The position numbers were made by a program, and so were the translations under genes. The notes under the pieces are model-generated. The model was given only the letters and a program-made list of their open reading frames with translations. It had not been told where the DNA came from and did not search any database. A stretch of DNA of 63,732 nucleotides, filler included, from Sluysia triapertura (Eukaryota): the NCBI GenBank assembly GCA_046118255.1. It is 5 parts of 5 records of this genome, joined end to end, with 100 filler letters (N's around TTAATTAATTAA, not from the genome) between each part and the next. Parts side by side here need not be neighbours in the genome. Positions count along the whole stretch, not along the records: positions 25,945 to 39,000 come from JBJNIA010062753.1; positions 39,101 to 50,223 come from JBJNIA010188533.1; 3 more parts are not named here. One strand, 5' to 3'. Positions 26,022-40,640 of the stretch are shown one piece after another. How positions within the stretch are numbered: the first letter of the stretch is position 1; every line of letters begins with the position of its first letter.

Positions 26022-26659
26022 TGAAGTTAGAGCTTTTCTTTTCAGCTTGTCTTTAAAATTCTGCCAACTATAATTTATTCTAAACTTTTTATACCTTTTT
26101 AAACTTCCTTTGGTAAATAATAAATATTCGATTTTTGATAAATAAATAATTAAATTTACATATAAAATTATAAGTTATAAATATCCACTGATTATAAACT
26201 TCCTTTAATTTCATAAATAAATTTACATAAAGTTATAAATATCCGTTAAAAATAAAGATACAGTTATTTCCTTTATTTATATAAATTCGGTTATCGCATA
26301 ATTAATAATAATCATTATTTTCATTTACAACATTATTATTATATTTACAAAATTATTATTATTATTTTTACAAAATTTATTATTATTATTAAAAATTTTT
26401 TTACATTAAATTGTACATTTTTACATAAATTATTTAAAATTATCATAAAAATTATCATAAAATTATAAAAATGATTTAAAATTATCATAAAAATTATCAT
26501 AAAATTATTTACAATAGAATTAGCGTCGATGATGGATCAAAAGTTGGTATGTTCAGAAGATCTGATAATGGGATATTAATATAGTCCTAAAGTTGACGAA
26601 GTATTGGTAATAAGAATCATTACTAATACTCTATCAGTAACCTATTATTTGTTTTATAA

Positions 26660-27020
26660 TATATGTCTTTACAATGAATTTAATGTCATTAAGCAATTAG
26701 AATATCCTTTTTCGGTATTCTACTTAAGATTATATCAAATGCTCCTTAAAGCAATTTAGCATCCATGAAATTAGAGAAGTGTTTGTAATAAAGAAGATCT
26801 GTAATATTCTGATAGTTACGCATTATTTTCGTGATAATATCATATGTATTCATAATAAATTTATTATTCCTGAGCAATTAGAATATCCTTTCGGATATTC
26901 TACTTATGATTACATCCAAAACTGTTTAAAATACTACAGCACTCACCAAATCAAAAAAGTATTTGCAATAAAAATGATTGCTATTGTTGTGATAATTCTA
27001 AGATTTAATTGTTTTTATTT
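26660..27020 (+). pseudogene. Orphan coding-like region with an about 181-bp (60-codon) tandem duplication
   Basis: AGCAATTAGAATATCC recurs 181 bp apart. Units translate ICLYNEF...QLEYPF.YST.DYI and ICIHNKF...QLEYPFGYSTYDYI. The first copy has a frameshift and a stop. Confidence 0.5.
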
Positions 27021-27768
27021 TATTTTACATGTTAAAATTTTCCTTTTGATACAAGTAATTAAATTTAAATTTTATAAAAGCTTTTATAATAATATTGATC
27101 TAAAATATAAGTACAAGTCAAATCATGTAACCACGTTGAATTTTAAATTTTATAAAATTCATTTTGTTCTGAAATACGTACTAAAGAGTATTAGAGTGGC
27201 GTGTAGTTCGCGTCCAGATGACGAGCATCCGATTATACTGGATTCATGGAGAAGCTGACTAACAAATTCAAATGGCAGACAGTGGAGAAATCATTACGTG
27301 TTTGCAAGGTCTACTAATAACCCAATATATATTGATTCTATGTTTTATATGACCTGTTTTATGTCAAGAGTGATTAAAATTTTTCTGTCGTGGTTAATAA
27401 ATAGAATAACTTTATATTTTTATGTTGTAAAAATTCCGTTTAATAATGAATTTTGTAAGTGCCTTAAGCACCATTTTCGTGATCATAGTTATTTCAAAAT
27501 CGATAAGACTTTTTATGATACAGTAAATGATAAAATTAATTGTAATACCAATGTTAATAACAACTGGTTAATAATAAAGATAAAAATCATAATCTTAAAG
27601 CCAATAATAGTAAAACCACAATAGTAATCTTACTATAAGGATTATTTAATTAAAATAAATTTTATTGTAATTTTAATTCTTAATACAATGTGTTTAATTA
27701 CTGATAAAACTAATCATTGTTATTATTATTGTTACAATGAAGACTTAAAATGATGCATCAATGACTAT

Positions 27769-28680
27769 TGTTAGGTTGTCATTACAACCCTATAAAATAA
27801 TTTAAAAATGTCATAATGACACTTTAAAACTATTTAAAAATATTTAAAACCATCAAAAAATTAAAACATTAAAACATCTTAAAAATATTTACTAATTTTT
27901 AAAATTACTTGAAAAACAATTATTTTCCAAAAAATAAATTTATTTTCCAAAAAGAAAATAAAATTTCTAAAATAGAAAATTAGCTCCTAAAAATAAAATA
28001 GAAGCTTCTAGAATGTTCTAGAACATTCCATCGATTTTCATTGGATGATGACTACTATATAAACTAGCATAAATACAATGAAAATCGCCATTTTATCGTC
28101 GCCATTTTGGTAATTGCAAATTTGTTAATTCAAGATAATTGTGAATTTAGTAACCGTCACAATTTCGAGATATTCATCACTCAATTTTGGATACTATCAA
28201 TTTTTGGTAAATTATATATTTCTTAAGGGAGATTTTAACTTTTGAAGTTAAAATCATAAATTTCACTTAAAATTCATATTAATTTATAATATACATAAAT
28301 TGAGTGGTATATTGAGGGTTAAACTCTACGTAAACTTTATTAGTATCATATTAAACGCTCACGCAGCTTTAATCATTAAAATTAATTATTTTATTTTGTC
28401 TTCATATCTCACTGTATTAAGCTATTTGGATTTTTGTATTTTTTAATAAAAGAATTTGAGTTTTTACGTCGTTTAATTATTAAATTATTGAATTAAATAT
28501 CAAATTATTGAGTGATTAAAAGACCCTCTACAATTAATTTGTTAGTTAGAGACGTTACTTTATAAGTGATCTTTTAATTTATTAGTTACAGATGAAGCGT
28601 CAACGATTACTGTAACCGGACCCAGCTCAAAAATATTTTGCCGTAGGTTAAGTGTTAGGACAACCACAGAACTATAATGA
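27769..28680 (+). mobile_element. LTR (plus adjoining leader) of an LTR retrotransposon
   Basis: Starts TGTTAGGTTGTCATTACAACCC, matching TGTTAGATTGTCATCACAACCC at 54026, which follows a chromodomain-integrase tail. Both share a GACTA.TATATA.ACT.GC TATA block. The right boundary is uncertain. Confidence 0.5.
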
Positions 28681-31600
28681 GAATAAAGAGTTCAGTGATG
28701 AGAAATGCTGGATGAGAAAAACAGGATTTTAATTGTTACCAAGATAGATCTTTCATCCAGTTCAATAGTCAGACCAAGACAATGAATATATCATAATAAG
28801 AATTACTATTCAGATGCTTATTTTATTCATTAGCTTTACATTGTCATGGTATGGTTTTCTTCTCAAGCTACAGTTCTTTTCAAACAATACTTTAACTGTT
28901 ATTTATTATTGATTTTTATAATAATTTTTACAAATTGTAGTAGAATGAGAAAGAATCATACTCCAATTATAATCATTAAAGATATTAAAGTGGTACACAT
29001 TTTTTATTTGGTCAAAAATAATTCATATAAAATTTATTGTCCGAATCTTCGTGACATTTCACAAAAATCTATTGTACAACATATTTCAAATTTTAATACT
29101 TTATTTTTAATTATATTTTGTATAATTTGATGATTTTTGTTTTATTTAATTGGTTATAGAAATTATTTCGAGCCACTAATACAAGGGCGATAACGATTAT
29201 GTTGGATATTTCAATCACGTAAGAGAATTTGTTGTTAAAAAAGTTGTGAATAAACGATTTTGATGTACTATGTTCTGTTAATTATCCTTTTGTGATTTTG
29301 TTGGAATCGATCAAAATTAAAGTTTAAATCGATCTTTCTGTGCCAAGACATTAAAAATAAAAATAACCTGGATATATTTTCATAGGAACATATGTTTCAG
29401 AACTTTCATAGCTTTCTACTGCAGTACTAGTAATATCTGACCTAAATTAATATTATAATAAAAAATATTATAATAAAAAATAATAATTTTCATAATTTAG
29501 TTCTGCATTTGATTTTATTTTATAATGCGACGACGAAATTAAAATTGCATAATAAGTTTAGTATAATGTATATAAACTAATGTTAATTCTTTGTCCAGTT
29601 GTTTTAAATAATTTTCACAATAGTCATCCTATAATATTTTCCAGTGCTTATATTATGGCCAATTAATATTTATTTTCATTCTATAATAAATATTTAATTT
29701 TCCATAATTTTATATCTACAGTTAACTAATTTCATCTCTAAATTTTATTTTCTGCAATCTAAATTTTGTTTGGTTATAATATAATACACATACACATTCT
29801 CATATTCGTTTATTTTGTTGTTATTTGTTAGTTTGTGCTTGTAATATTTATTTATTTATATATTTATTCATTCATTTTGATTTTACAATTAAATGTAGCA
29901 TCTTCTAATCTATGTTCGTTACATTTTTATTTCTTTGAATTTAGTACTTTTAAGATTACTAATACATTTTTAGATATATTTTATTTCAAGATTATTATTA
30001 TCATGTTCTTTAAATAATATTATAATCATTAGGTTTATGTGTAAAATTAAACTTACATAGAATGTTTTTTAACTTTTGTTGTGTTTCTAATTTTAGGTGG
30101 TTCTGGTAGTGAACTTTTGAAAAATTCTGTTAATTCAATTAATCTGAATAGAAAATACAAAAATTGCTATACTTATAAATTTAATAGTAAACATTTAAGT
30201 ATGAAAGTAATAAATGTTTAATTTAAAATAAATTATTTGATAATTAACACTATCTCTACGAGGTACTTATATTTAGATCTAGGATTATATCGCTAAATAA
30301 ATATAACAATTATTATACAAAAAGTCAAAATATGAATTGAGAAAAAATAGTTAAACTTAGAAAATAATTTCAAATTAAAATGTTAAAAAAGGTAGAAATA
30401 GTGTTAATATAGTTTTATAATTATTTATTCGAAACTTTGTATTTCCAGTTAGATTTACATAGTGTATTCATATAAATAAAATCGAAATAAAGCTAGAAAT
30501 TAAAACATGTTTTTTAATTCATACTTTACAATATTTTAAATTATGATCATCGAAATAGAATTTGGAAGTTTAATTAATTAATTAAATTAAATAATTAAAT
30601 AATTAATTAAATTAATCATTAAATTAAATTAATAATTAATCAAGGGATAACATAAAAGACTAATTAAAATGGACAACAAAAAATAGAATATTTGATTGAT
30701 TTTATGCTAGTAAACATTTCTGGATTCGAATTACTTTTTAATTACATTTCTTCAAAGTTAAACTTTTACAACTATAAAATGAACTTGAGGATTGTTAGAA
30801 CAAATGTTTTATTTCTAATTTCTTCTCCTTTTTTAATATTTTATTAACAAATACATTTGTATTAATCTACATATGAAACAAATCGAAATTTAATTTATAG
30901 CATAGTTCAATTTTAAAATATTATTTCAAAAATATTTATACTTTTAAAAATAATAAAAATAGAAGAGAAACTACTGAAGAAAATCATAAACTTAAAATTA
31001 TCCATTATATTTTTTATTACTTATCTGAGAAATATTTTATAAATTCTTTTGCTTTTTTATTTCTCATTAAACAATCATAATAATTCTAGAAAATAATAAT
31101 TTTTAAATAGGAATTAATATTTATTATTTATACAGGAATAAATAATGACATCTTTAAACGAACTTAACATTGTAGAACCAATAAACTAATAAAATGTAAG
31201 TTTTGTTTATTCTGTACGATATAATATTAGAGTCATTGTTACTTTAAAAATATTCTTTGAATTTCAAATGAAGAATCACTTAAGATATTAAAGTCAGAAA
31301 CAGTTTAAGAGTTATGAGCAATAATAGATTAAAATCTACTTTGAATAATAAAAATAAAATTATAATATCTTAATTAATTGAAGATAAAGGTAAGAAAAAA
31401 ATAAAATTTTGAATATATTCATAATAATACAGTTAAAATTATGCTTAATATAATAAGGAATCTTAAATTAAGTTTTAAGAGAAATGTGATGATTCAAAAC
31501 CTTAATTTATCATTTAAAAACTATAAATATAATTTTAAACACATTCAATCATCATTATTTCCAATAACTTCATTGCAATTAAATTTTTAAATGTAAATTA

Positions 31601-32557
31601 ATTATAAAATCAATTGTTATAAAATATACTAATTTTATTATTGTTTATTATTTTATTATTTTATTATTTTTTATTATTTTTATTAATTTTAATATTAATA
31701 TTTTATTATTTCTGCAAATTTTAATATTATTTTATTATTTTATTATCATTTTTTTACATTTTCTAAAATCAGTCTCTATGAAAAATTATATTATTCAATA
31801 TATTAACATTTCCAAGATCAAGTTCTCTTTGCTGATGCATTAATTAATTACAAAACTATGAAAGATACAATGAAGATTTAATGAACACATTGAAACACAA
31901 AAAGAAAATTTATCTTTAAAGTGTCAACAAAGAATTATCAAATGTGAGAATTGATCAAGAATCTATAAAAATATCTTGATAGAGATGAACTTAACTATCT
32001 GAAAACGACATTTTTCTTAGTTTAACAATTAATTGAGATTAGGAAACTATGTTATACAATTCAGTCAAATTATTATCTAAATCTAAAACAAACAATAAAT
32101 GATAAAGTGGAAGTATGTATTTGTTTTCACAACATTCAAGAATTCTGGCATTTTATTAATGATATCTGTTTCATGCTTTACGATGTTGAGCTAAACTAGG
32201 TTAATAATAATGTTAAGCTACTTCTGATATATCATATATTTAATGCCGATCACAATCCAACTACAAATAATAGTGAAATAGTATCGAAGATGATTCAGTA
32301 TAATTCTTTGTCAACTTAATTTATCCTTTTTTATTTTTATTCATTTAAATATTAGTTTTTAATAGCCAATCATCTTTTTGTTATGTGCCCTAAAGGCCAT
32401 TGTCATTTCAATAATGCAAATATTAATTTTATTAATTGTTTTATTTCTTCAATTATAAGAATCATTAAAATATTAAAGAAAATATAAGAAAAAAAGATTT
32501 TTAGTTATAATCCAAAAATACACTAATAGAAAACAATAGTCATATCATTTCTTAGGA

Positions 32558-32582
32558 TGCGCCTTATAGTCCGGAAAATAGG
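32558..32582. mobile_element. Possible pogo-type terminal inverted repeat remnant
   Basis: TGCGCCTTATAGTCCGGAAAATA resembles pogo-family right termini; no partner found. Confidence 0.3.
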
Positions 32583-33678
32583 ATAATATTGAAAATCAAT
32601 AATCATAAATAAAAAATCTATTTGTTTGTTTATACAATTATTAAAATTCTAAATTTATTAGAAAAGTATTTACTTATCGAAACGTGCTTATAAAATGAAA
32701 CTAAGTCAATAAATTGGAAAAATGATTTTAAAAAACAATAAAATATATAATTATAAATGACAATTTTATATAATTATATAAATAAGAAGAAATAAAACAT
32801 TGGTTTTGTTTTTGGAATTAATACATTACAAATAAAAATATTAAAATTTAAATACTTTTTTTAAATTTTATTTTCTATTTATTTATCTAGTGGAAAATAT
32901 ATTTTAGAGATAAGTTTTACAAATTTTGAATGATACATTAAAACAAATTTATTTATTTAATTATTTATTTAAAATTTGAAATTATTTTATTATGTTCTAC
33001 AGTACTAACCAATACAGATACCGAATATAAAATTCTTTTTATCTTCGGAAAGGAAGAAAAAACTTTTTATTGGTCTGATATAAATAAACAATAATCTGGT
33101 AGCACAAGATCTGTATTATAATTATAATTATTTATAACTTCATAATTATAATTAATTCTGAGACTTTTAGTTTGGTTTGAATTGAATATCGTTATTTTGC
33201 TTTATCTTACTTTTTTTAATTGTTCACAGAATAGATCAGAATTTATGTTTTCATCGTCAGGAATAATTCTATTATTACATTTTTATTATTTTATAATTTT
33301 ATTATTATATAATATTATTATATTATTATCTTATTACACTTTGTTTGACAATTATTTTATCTAGTGAATTTTTTAATTTACAAATTGTTTTTTGAGACTC
33401 ATTTCGTTCAACAATTGAATATAATTGACATACAACTGTTTATTGTTAAACTAATAATTAAATCTTTTGTGGCGAATTTAATTCTACTGAAATTCATAAT
33501 GGCACTCAATTAAATTACTTAAATAATCTTTCAGTATCAATTTCTTTTTTTTTAAAGCTATAATTTCGATATGAATAAAATTTTAAATTTCAGAATTTAA
33601 TAATACAATTAATATTTACATTTATTTTATAAGTATATCATGAAATAATAGATTTGTAACTGTAATCGTTTAATATTA

Positions 33679-33708
33679 CACTCCCTGCGGTCAAAATAAG
33701 TGTCCCAG
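33679..33708. mobile_element. Possible Tc1/mariner-type terminal inverted repeat remnant
   Basis: TA-CACTCCCTGCGGTCAAAATAAGTGTCCC resembles Tc1/mariner termini after a TA target; no clear partner. Confidence 0.3.
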
Positions 33709-35039
33709 TTTTGATTTTATTAAATGACAATTATAAAAACAACTATATTTTTCTTAACATCGAATTTATCATAATATTTAACATCTTCTTCATGTTGATT
33801 TATAAAAATCAATAAAATAATTAATAAACTTTGACAATTATTCATTCGCAGATTTTGCATAATTCTTGTAATCGATTTACAAATAATTGGAACATTTTTT
33901 AAAATCTCAACGTGCTTTAATCTTCAAAAACATTAATCAAAATAATCGTTATAGATCAAGCCAAGAAATTGAATTATTGGAGACAATAAAAGTATCTTTT
34001 TTCTTTTTAAGTTGATTTTATATTGAACGGACTTATTATTATTATTATTAAAACTTATTTCATTTTCAATATAAAAATATCAAAATTAGATATTAAAACG
34101 GTATACATTTACCATTTTATTTTATCAACTATAAATAACTAATAAGTATAAACTTATACCAATCAAGACATTTAAATGCATAAATACAATAATGAAAATT
34201 AATTTTGTAATATTATATGAAATTAATATCACTGTTTATTTATGTATGCAAATAATTTCGTATTACCATAATAATATTATCACAACTTAAAAAACAAATT
34301 TAGATATTTATTTTATATAAAATTGTTATTTTGAATAAAAATCAATGATTTTATGTAGCCAATATTTGCAAGATATTAATGTAAAAACCTAGTGTTTTCT
34401 TTTACTACAACATTATTAATTTAAATTATTTTTATTTGTTTTTATGTTTAATAAAAAAGAAAAATAAATAAAGAATCTATTTTTATATTTTTTCCCAGTT
34501 TATTTTCTTATTATTAAATATATAGTTTAATTATTTCAAGCATTGTTGGCCAGAAACTCAACTACACTTCTTAAATAAAGTATTCAATCTGAGACAGATG
34601 TTTTGTTTTTTATTTTATTTTTAAAATAAACATTTGTTTTGTCAAGCATACTTGGCATTCGTCAAAGGTATATGGCGCCAAAAGGTTCAAAATTGTGACG
34701 AAATTGTATAAATGTAAACTAATTATAATTGTGCTTAATAAATACATAGTGATTGATATAAATCAATTTTTGACGACTCTTTTAATAGTTTAGATGAATG
34801 ACATTTCCTTGTGTAAATTGTGTGTATTTTAAATGATTGAAGGAATGAATAAATAAAAGCGGAGTTTTTTTCTATTTATAATACCATTGAAATTAATTCT
34901 TTATTTTGCCAGATTAATGATTTATGAAACATTTGAATTAAATTTTTGTATTAAAAATAACATTTTTTAGTATTTTCAAAATGGGATTATGATTTTATTA
35001 GGGTTTTTATGAGTTAGCACATATAAAAATATATTAAGG

Positions 35040-35240
35040 TATTGTGCTCATATCTACTGCTTAAGTACTCAAAAGCGCTTAAGGTAAATCATTCACCATA
35101 ATATTTCTGAAACAGAAAGAACTGTGCATTTCCCTTAAATATTTCATAATCTTCCAGTAATTTGACATTCTCTGGTAACTGGTTGCATATTTCTGAAGCA
35201 TAAAGGGTATACAACATATCACCTAGCTTGTTATCACTGT
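35040..35240 (-). repeat. Dispersed coding-like repeat, copy 1 of 3
   Basis: Core AAGTACTCAAAA.CGCTT...AAATATTTCATAATCTTCCAGTAAT also occurs at 38903-39000 and inverted at 62485-62672. Minus strand reads SDNKLGDMLYTLYASEICNQLPENVKLLEDYEIFKGNAQFFLFQKYY. Confidence 0.75.
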
Positions 35241-35459
35241 TAAATTATATTTATAAACATTTAAATCATAAAAGGAATTTCCAAAAATTAACTCATCCTA
35301 TAAATTAATAAATGGTGGCTTCCCAAAAAACTATATTTAATACATTTTAGAAAATTAAAATAATAATAAAAAGGTTACTTCAGCATGGATCTTCAATAAT
35401 ACGAAAACCTCATAATTTTACACTAATTGATATGTTATAAAATTTTTCGACGATTACTT

Positions 35460-36530
35460 TGTCATCATCCAATCACTATTGAGCTCCACAATCAAACATT
35501 CTCTTACACAAATCATTAGAACGTCCTCTAAAGATCAGACCGACAATAACGGCTTTGGTACAGCCTGTCAAACTTTATTAGGTACAAAACTCAAAAAATT
35601 GATTAATGGTTTATTTTTACTTAAATTACTTCTTACATTAAAATAACAATCATTAGTATCAACGTACATAAAAATAATGAATTTAATTTTAGTTTTTAGA
35701 ATTCAATTAATTTTTAGTTTTTCACACTCAATTTTCTAAAAGAGAATGTTTAAGGTTCTCATTTTCAAACATACAATTCCACAAACATTTCAAATTCATT
35801 TCTGGATTTTTCTCTTTCGTATCAATCATTGCATACTCAATTTATTATCTTTTCATCATCTAATTATAAAAATTCAATATTCTACAATTGAGAATTAATT
35901 AAAAGTTAACTTTTCTCAACATTGAGGCTTTCCTTGCATGAAATATGACAAACCATAACTTCATCAAAAGGTCTTTTTTTAAAAAAAACACGTACAATTT
36001 GATATAGCATTCCGAATTCAAAAATTATTTACTAAATGCATTTTTTCTTAATTAAATTAAGATTTTGATTAATTAATATGTTTAAAGGTTTTATTAAGGT
36101 TTTGAGTTTTCTTAGTACTATAACGGAGAGCTCTAGATGCTTTCACCTTCCGTTTTTGAGTTTTTTATGTTAATAATTAAATTCATCTTTAACACTAATT
36201 TCATTTTTTAATTTTTTCAAAAACTCAAATACTTTATTAGGTTACTCAAAGGTCTCAAAGATGCTTAAAAGTAGATGAAGTCTTAAATGGTCTCAAGGTT
36301 CACAAGTTCAAAGGTATCTCAAAGCTTCAAAGAATCTTTCAAGGTCATCTCAAGCCTCTCAGGGCTCTCTTTAATGAATTTTTCAATTCTCAAAATGATC
36401 ACTCTCACTCCAGTTATGTTTTATCATATTCTAACCACCACTTTGCATCACTTTTTCCTACATTTTCTTTTCATATCTTCTTTATTCATTTATTTATCCA
36501 CAGTTTCACAATTCCAACATTATAAATTTG
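35460..36530 (-). mobile_element. Degenerate LTR-retrotransposon-derived repeat (same family as 50735-51960)
   Basis: Colinear shared blocks: ATCAGACCGACAATAAC, CAAACTTTATTAGGTACAAAAC, CTTTCCTTGCATGAA, GCTCTAGATG.TTTCACCTTC. Confidence 0.65.
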
Positions 36531-37279
36531 GTATTTAAAATAACATTGATCAATTTGAAAATAACAAATGATAATTTTAATACTTAAAATAAATAAAATA
36601 TTTCCATAAATGACCTCATAAATCTTGAAACATTCAATCTTTTTTTAAGTGTAGCATTAACTGTAAATTTTAAATTGTTATATTTAATCAAAATTTTTTT
36701 AATTATTAGTTTATCCTTTTGTCATATTGTAAAAAAGAGGATATATATTAAAACTTGAACTTATGCCATAAAAATCACACTTCTAGCTATGCCAAACAGG
36801 AGAGGAGTCAAAAGTATTGTGGATTAAAATTAAATAAAGACAAACAAGCAACAAATTTCAATAGTACCACTCATTTTAAATGATGTTTAAATTATCGAGA
36901 TAAATTAGTTTTGTAAAATGAAATGATGAGTAAGCAAAATTTAATCGAACAAATCTTGTTAGACATTAAACCTAAATTTAGAGTTACAGTAACTTTTTGA
37001 GATAATGAAGATTTATAATAATGAATTTGATATAATGAGCGCCTACTGAATATTTTATAAAGAAATATGGGACATTTTCAAAAATAATTAATTTTTTAAT
37101 AATGAATAATAAAAATGATTGATATTACAAATTATTTTAGTACTTTTTAAATTATTTAATGATCATACAATAACTGTTTATATATTACAATACATTTTAA
37201 TTATTTTTGTTTTAATTGCTATTTTTTGAAGAAATCGATTTGTTAGTCTCAATTTGTAAGTGCTGTCGATTGTAGATCA

Positions 37280-38160
37280 AAAAATGCTCATGGTAACTAA
37301 CCAAAAACCAAAAATAAAAGATATTCAATTACAGACAAACAGGCCGTTGCAAATTATAAGCTAGAAAATAAGTTTATAACACAGGCATCTCTTGTCAATA
37401 AATTTAAGATACCGGCTGGAACGGTTAAGGACATTGTCAACATTCTGGAGAAGAAAAGAAGATTGCGGGCAATAAAAGTATCATTTAAAATATAAAGACG
37501 CACGAAATATATTCGCACCTATACGATTGGATATCAAGAAAGAGAAAGTTGAACAATACAATAACAAACTTAATGCTGGAAGAGGTGGCAATAAAAATTG
37601 CCAACAAATTAGAACTGGAGAACTTTAAAACCTCCAGCACATGGATATCGAGATTCAAAGAATGAAATGGAATAAAAACACAATTTACTTCTGGTGAAGA
37701 AGGTTTGGTTTTACGCGAATCATGGACATATTTAGTTGTGACGAAACAGGGTTGTTCTTTAAGTGTCCTCCAAAAAAGACTTATTTTAAGCAAAGAATAA
37801 AAGGCTAAAAGAATAAAAGAATAACACTTCTTTTTTGCTCAAATGAAACAGGTAAAAAGGAGACCCCATTATTATTATGGAAATATAAATATCCCAGGGG
37901 ATTTAAAAACATCAACTTTTCCAAGACATGCTTAAAATACGAGAATGACAAAAATTCTTGGATGACCTGTGAAATTTTTGGCTCGTGGTTACATAATCTT
38001 AATGAGAAAATGAAAAAGGAAAATCACACAACTCCAGTACACAATACTGATGAGGTGTTCAGTAATATCGAGCTTTACTGTTATCCCACAAAGTGTATTT
38101 CCAAAATCCAGATCAGAACATACAAACTCATTACACAAAAACTTTTACGAAAAATTCTGT
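37280..38160 (+). mobile_element. Tigger/pogo (CENP-B-like HTH + DDE_1) transposase pseudogene
   Basis: YSITDKQAVANYK...QASLVNKFKIPAGTVKDI (HTH psq), EVAIKIANKLELENFKTSSTWISRFK (CENP-B HTH), DIFSCDETGLFFK and SWMTCEIFGSWL. Many frameshifts. Confidence 0.9.
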
Positions 38161-38902
38161 GGCCATTAATATCCACAGTTTGAATGAGTGGATCTTCAAA
38201 ACACGGATAAACTTTGATAAATTTAATTTATCGTTCTTGAAATTAAATGCTGGTCCATCATCAGTGTGCTCAAATAAAGGTTGTTTAGAGCCATGAAACC
38301 AGTAATTTACATGATCCATCATTATTAGTTTTGTGTAAGAGCTTAAGAGCACAATCTAAAATGAACTTTGATGTTCATGATTTTCAATCTTTGGTGGATT
38401 TTCTTCGACTATCTTCTGAATCATTGATAACTATTTTTTCCTTGTTCAAAAACCATTGCCGAAACATTCGTCTCTTTCATTATAATGTTTCATCGCTTCA
38501 TACGTTAAAAGTTAGACGGTGTAATAATAAGGAAATAATAATGGCGAAGATCATAATGTAAATTATTTTATTATTATTATTATTATTTTCATTGTTGTTA
38601 CTATTTTTAGAATTATATGAAAATATAGTTATATGATACATGATATAATTGGATAAACGAACTGTATTATAAATTGTACGATTAATAAAATAAATTATAA
38701 ATTTATTGCAAGTACTTTAAAAGTTTTATTGGTTTAAATAAGATTATTATTGGATAATAAAGTCAAAAATGGTTTCAAACTGATGACTCGTCAAGGAACT
38801 TTATTGAGCTCTCTTGGATAAAAGCTATAATAACTCGAATAAAATAAATAGTGTAGAGTTATTTAATAATAATAATAATAACAAATTATCTAATACAAAG
38901 TA

Positions 38903-39000
38903 AGTACTCAAAAACGCTTAAATTAAATCATTCACCATAATATTTCTGAAACAGAAACAACTTTGTCTTTTTCTTAAATATTTCATAATCTTCCAGTAAT
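38903..39000 (-). repeat. Dispersed coding-like repeat, copy 2, truncated by the contig end
   Basis: Highly similar to 35063-35161. Confidence 0.8.
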
Positions 39001-39100
39001 NNNNNNNNNNNNNNNNNNNNNNNNNNNNNNNNNNNNNNNNNNNNTTAATTAATTAANNNNNNNNNNNNNNNNNNNNNNNNNNNNNNNNNNNNNNNNNNNN
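39001..39100. other. Artificial contig linker
   Basis: N44-TTAATTAATTAA-N44. Confidence 0.97.
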
Positions 39101-40199
39101 GAAAAACACTATTTTGAAAAGGTTTCATTACAATTTTTATGATTTACATTATTAAGAGTAAAATAATAAATACATTTTATATTTACTGTACGTAAAATGT
39201 TCATGTATCATATTTGACTCAGAATAAGCTGAAGATTCCTTCAATGTCTCTGAGCTACTAACATAGGAGCTACTTCTGGTCTAATAATATTGTTTTATTG
39301 TTTGTTTGTAATTCATCATTATGTATAGCCTTCGGGCATAGATTTAGTGATATGTATATAATAAAACTTAGGTATTATTTTTTTTATTATTATTATTACT
39401 TCTGGTCTACTTTCACACGGATCTTGACATTGTTAATACTACTATGAATCGGAACACTGCATATCAAGCATACAGTGAATGTATGAGAGGGTATGAGAAT
39501 TGATGTGGGGTTGAATATGATACATGTGGAATAAGTTATGATATGTGTCTCAAAAACGTACTCTTGTTACATAATGTTTTATGATTATCTAACAAAATTA
39601 TTTAAATTATTATAATCATGTATTATGTATTATTATTATTATTTCTTGTTAATTTCAAATAATTTTCCACACGTCCTTGCATAAACAGAAATTATCGAGT
39701 GTAAAGATTGTGAGTGTACTGCTTGTATGGAGAATTATCTGATGATCTTTAAAAGTGATTTTTCTGAGTGTTTTATGAGTTAAAAGGTTTTTACGTTTCA
39801 CTATATGAAGTATTTGAATTTTAAGTTTAATCTTTTCTTTGATCTTTCTTTAATTTCTTTCTACAAGATCTTTCGCATAAATAAAACATATTATTTAATA
39901 TTTAAGTATCATAGATAAATGTCTGAAATGATGAATTGATAAAAGTTAAGGATGCTCTCTTGAGTAAATTTGCTCGATGCACATTATGTAAAATAGTCTG
40001 ATGTATATATGGTTAAAGTCACAATGTTATGTTATGATACAAGATGATTGAAGAATTATTTTGTTACGTTTTTGTTTAATGATATATAAAAGTTAGTAAA
40101 TAACAAAATCAATTTAACTTGAAATCTTATTGAATCTAAATATTATTAAATACATAATACAAAATGTAACAAAGAATTTTTCTTTATCTACAGACGAAA

Positions 40200-40440
40200 T
40201 CAATTTATTCATAGCAATCATATCATATTCAAACATTATATTTTTCTCATTCTAAGTGTAAAAAATTCAATATTACATAATTAAAATTTGACTTTTCTCA
40301 ATATGAAGGCTTTTCTTGCATGAACTCGGTCAAACCATAACTTCATCGAAAGGTCTCTTTAAAACAAATACATACATAGTTGCAACTTTATGTAGCATTC
40401 CGCATTCGAACGTTATTCACAAAAATATACTTTTTTAATA
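40200..40440 (-). mobile_element. Fragment of the 35460/50735 retroelement family
   Basis: CTTGCATGAACTCGGTCAAACCATA...GAAAGGTCT...GTTATTCACAAAA is shared with 51205-51360. Confidence 0.7.
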
Positions 40441-40640
40441 AATATGGTTTTTACTTAAAAAGAACCTAACTTGCAAAATGAGAAAATTCTTGAGGTGAAT
40501 TCGCCTAATCGAGACAACTTAGATCTGGACGAAAGTGGTCTATTAAGATTTTAAAATTAGTCACATAATAATTAAACTTAGGGTCAAGTAATACAACTAT
40601 TAACGTTTTAGTTAAATCAATTCATTTTAAAATATTTTAA

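Noticed and set aside
38131-38560. PARP-like YWFHGS motif in a minus-strand ORF
   Set aside because: No downstream GxGxYF or catalytic motif, so the call cannot be supported.
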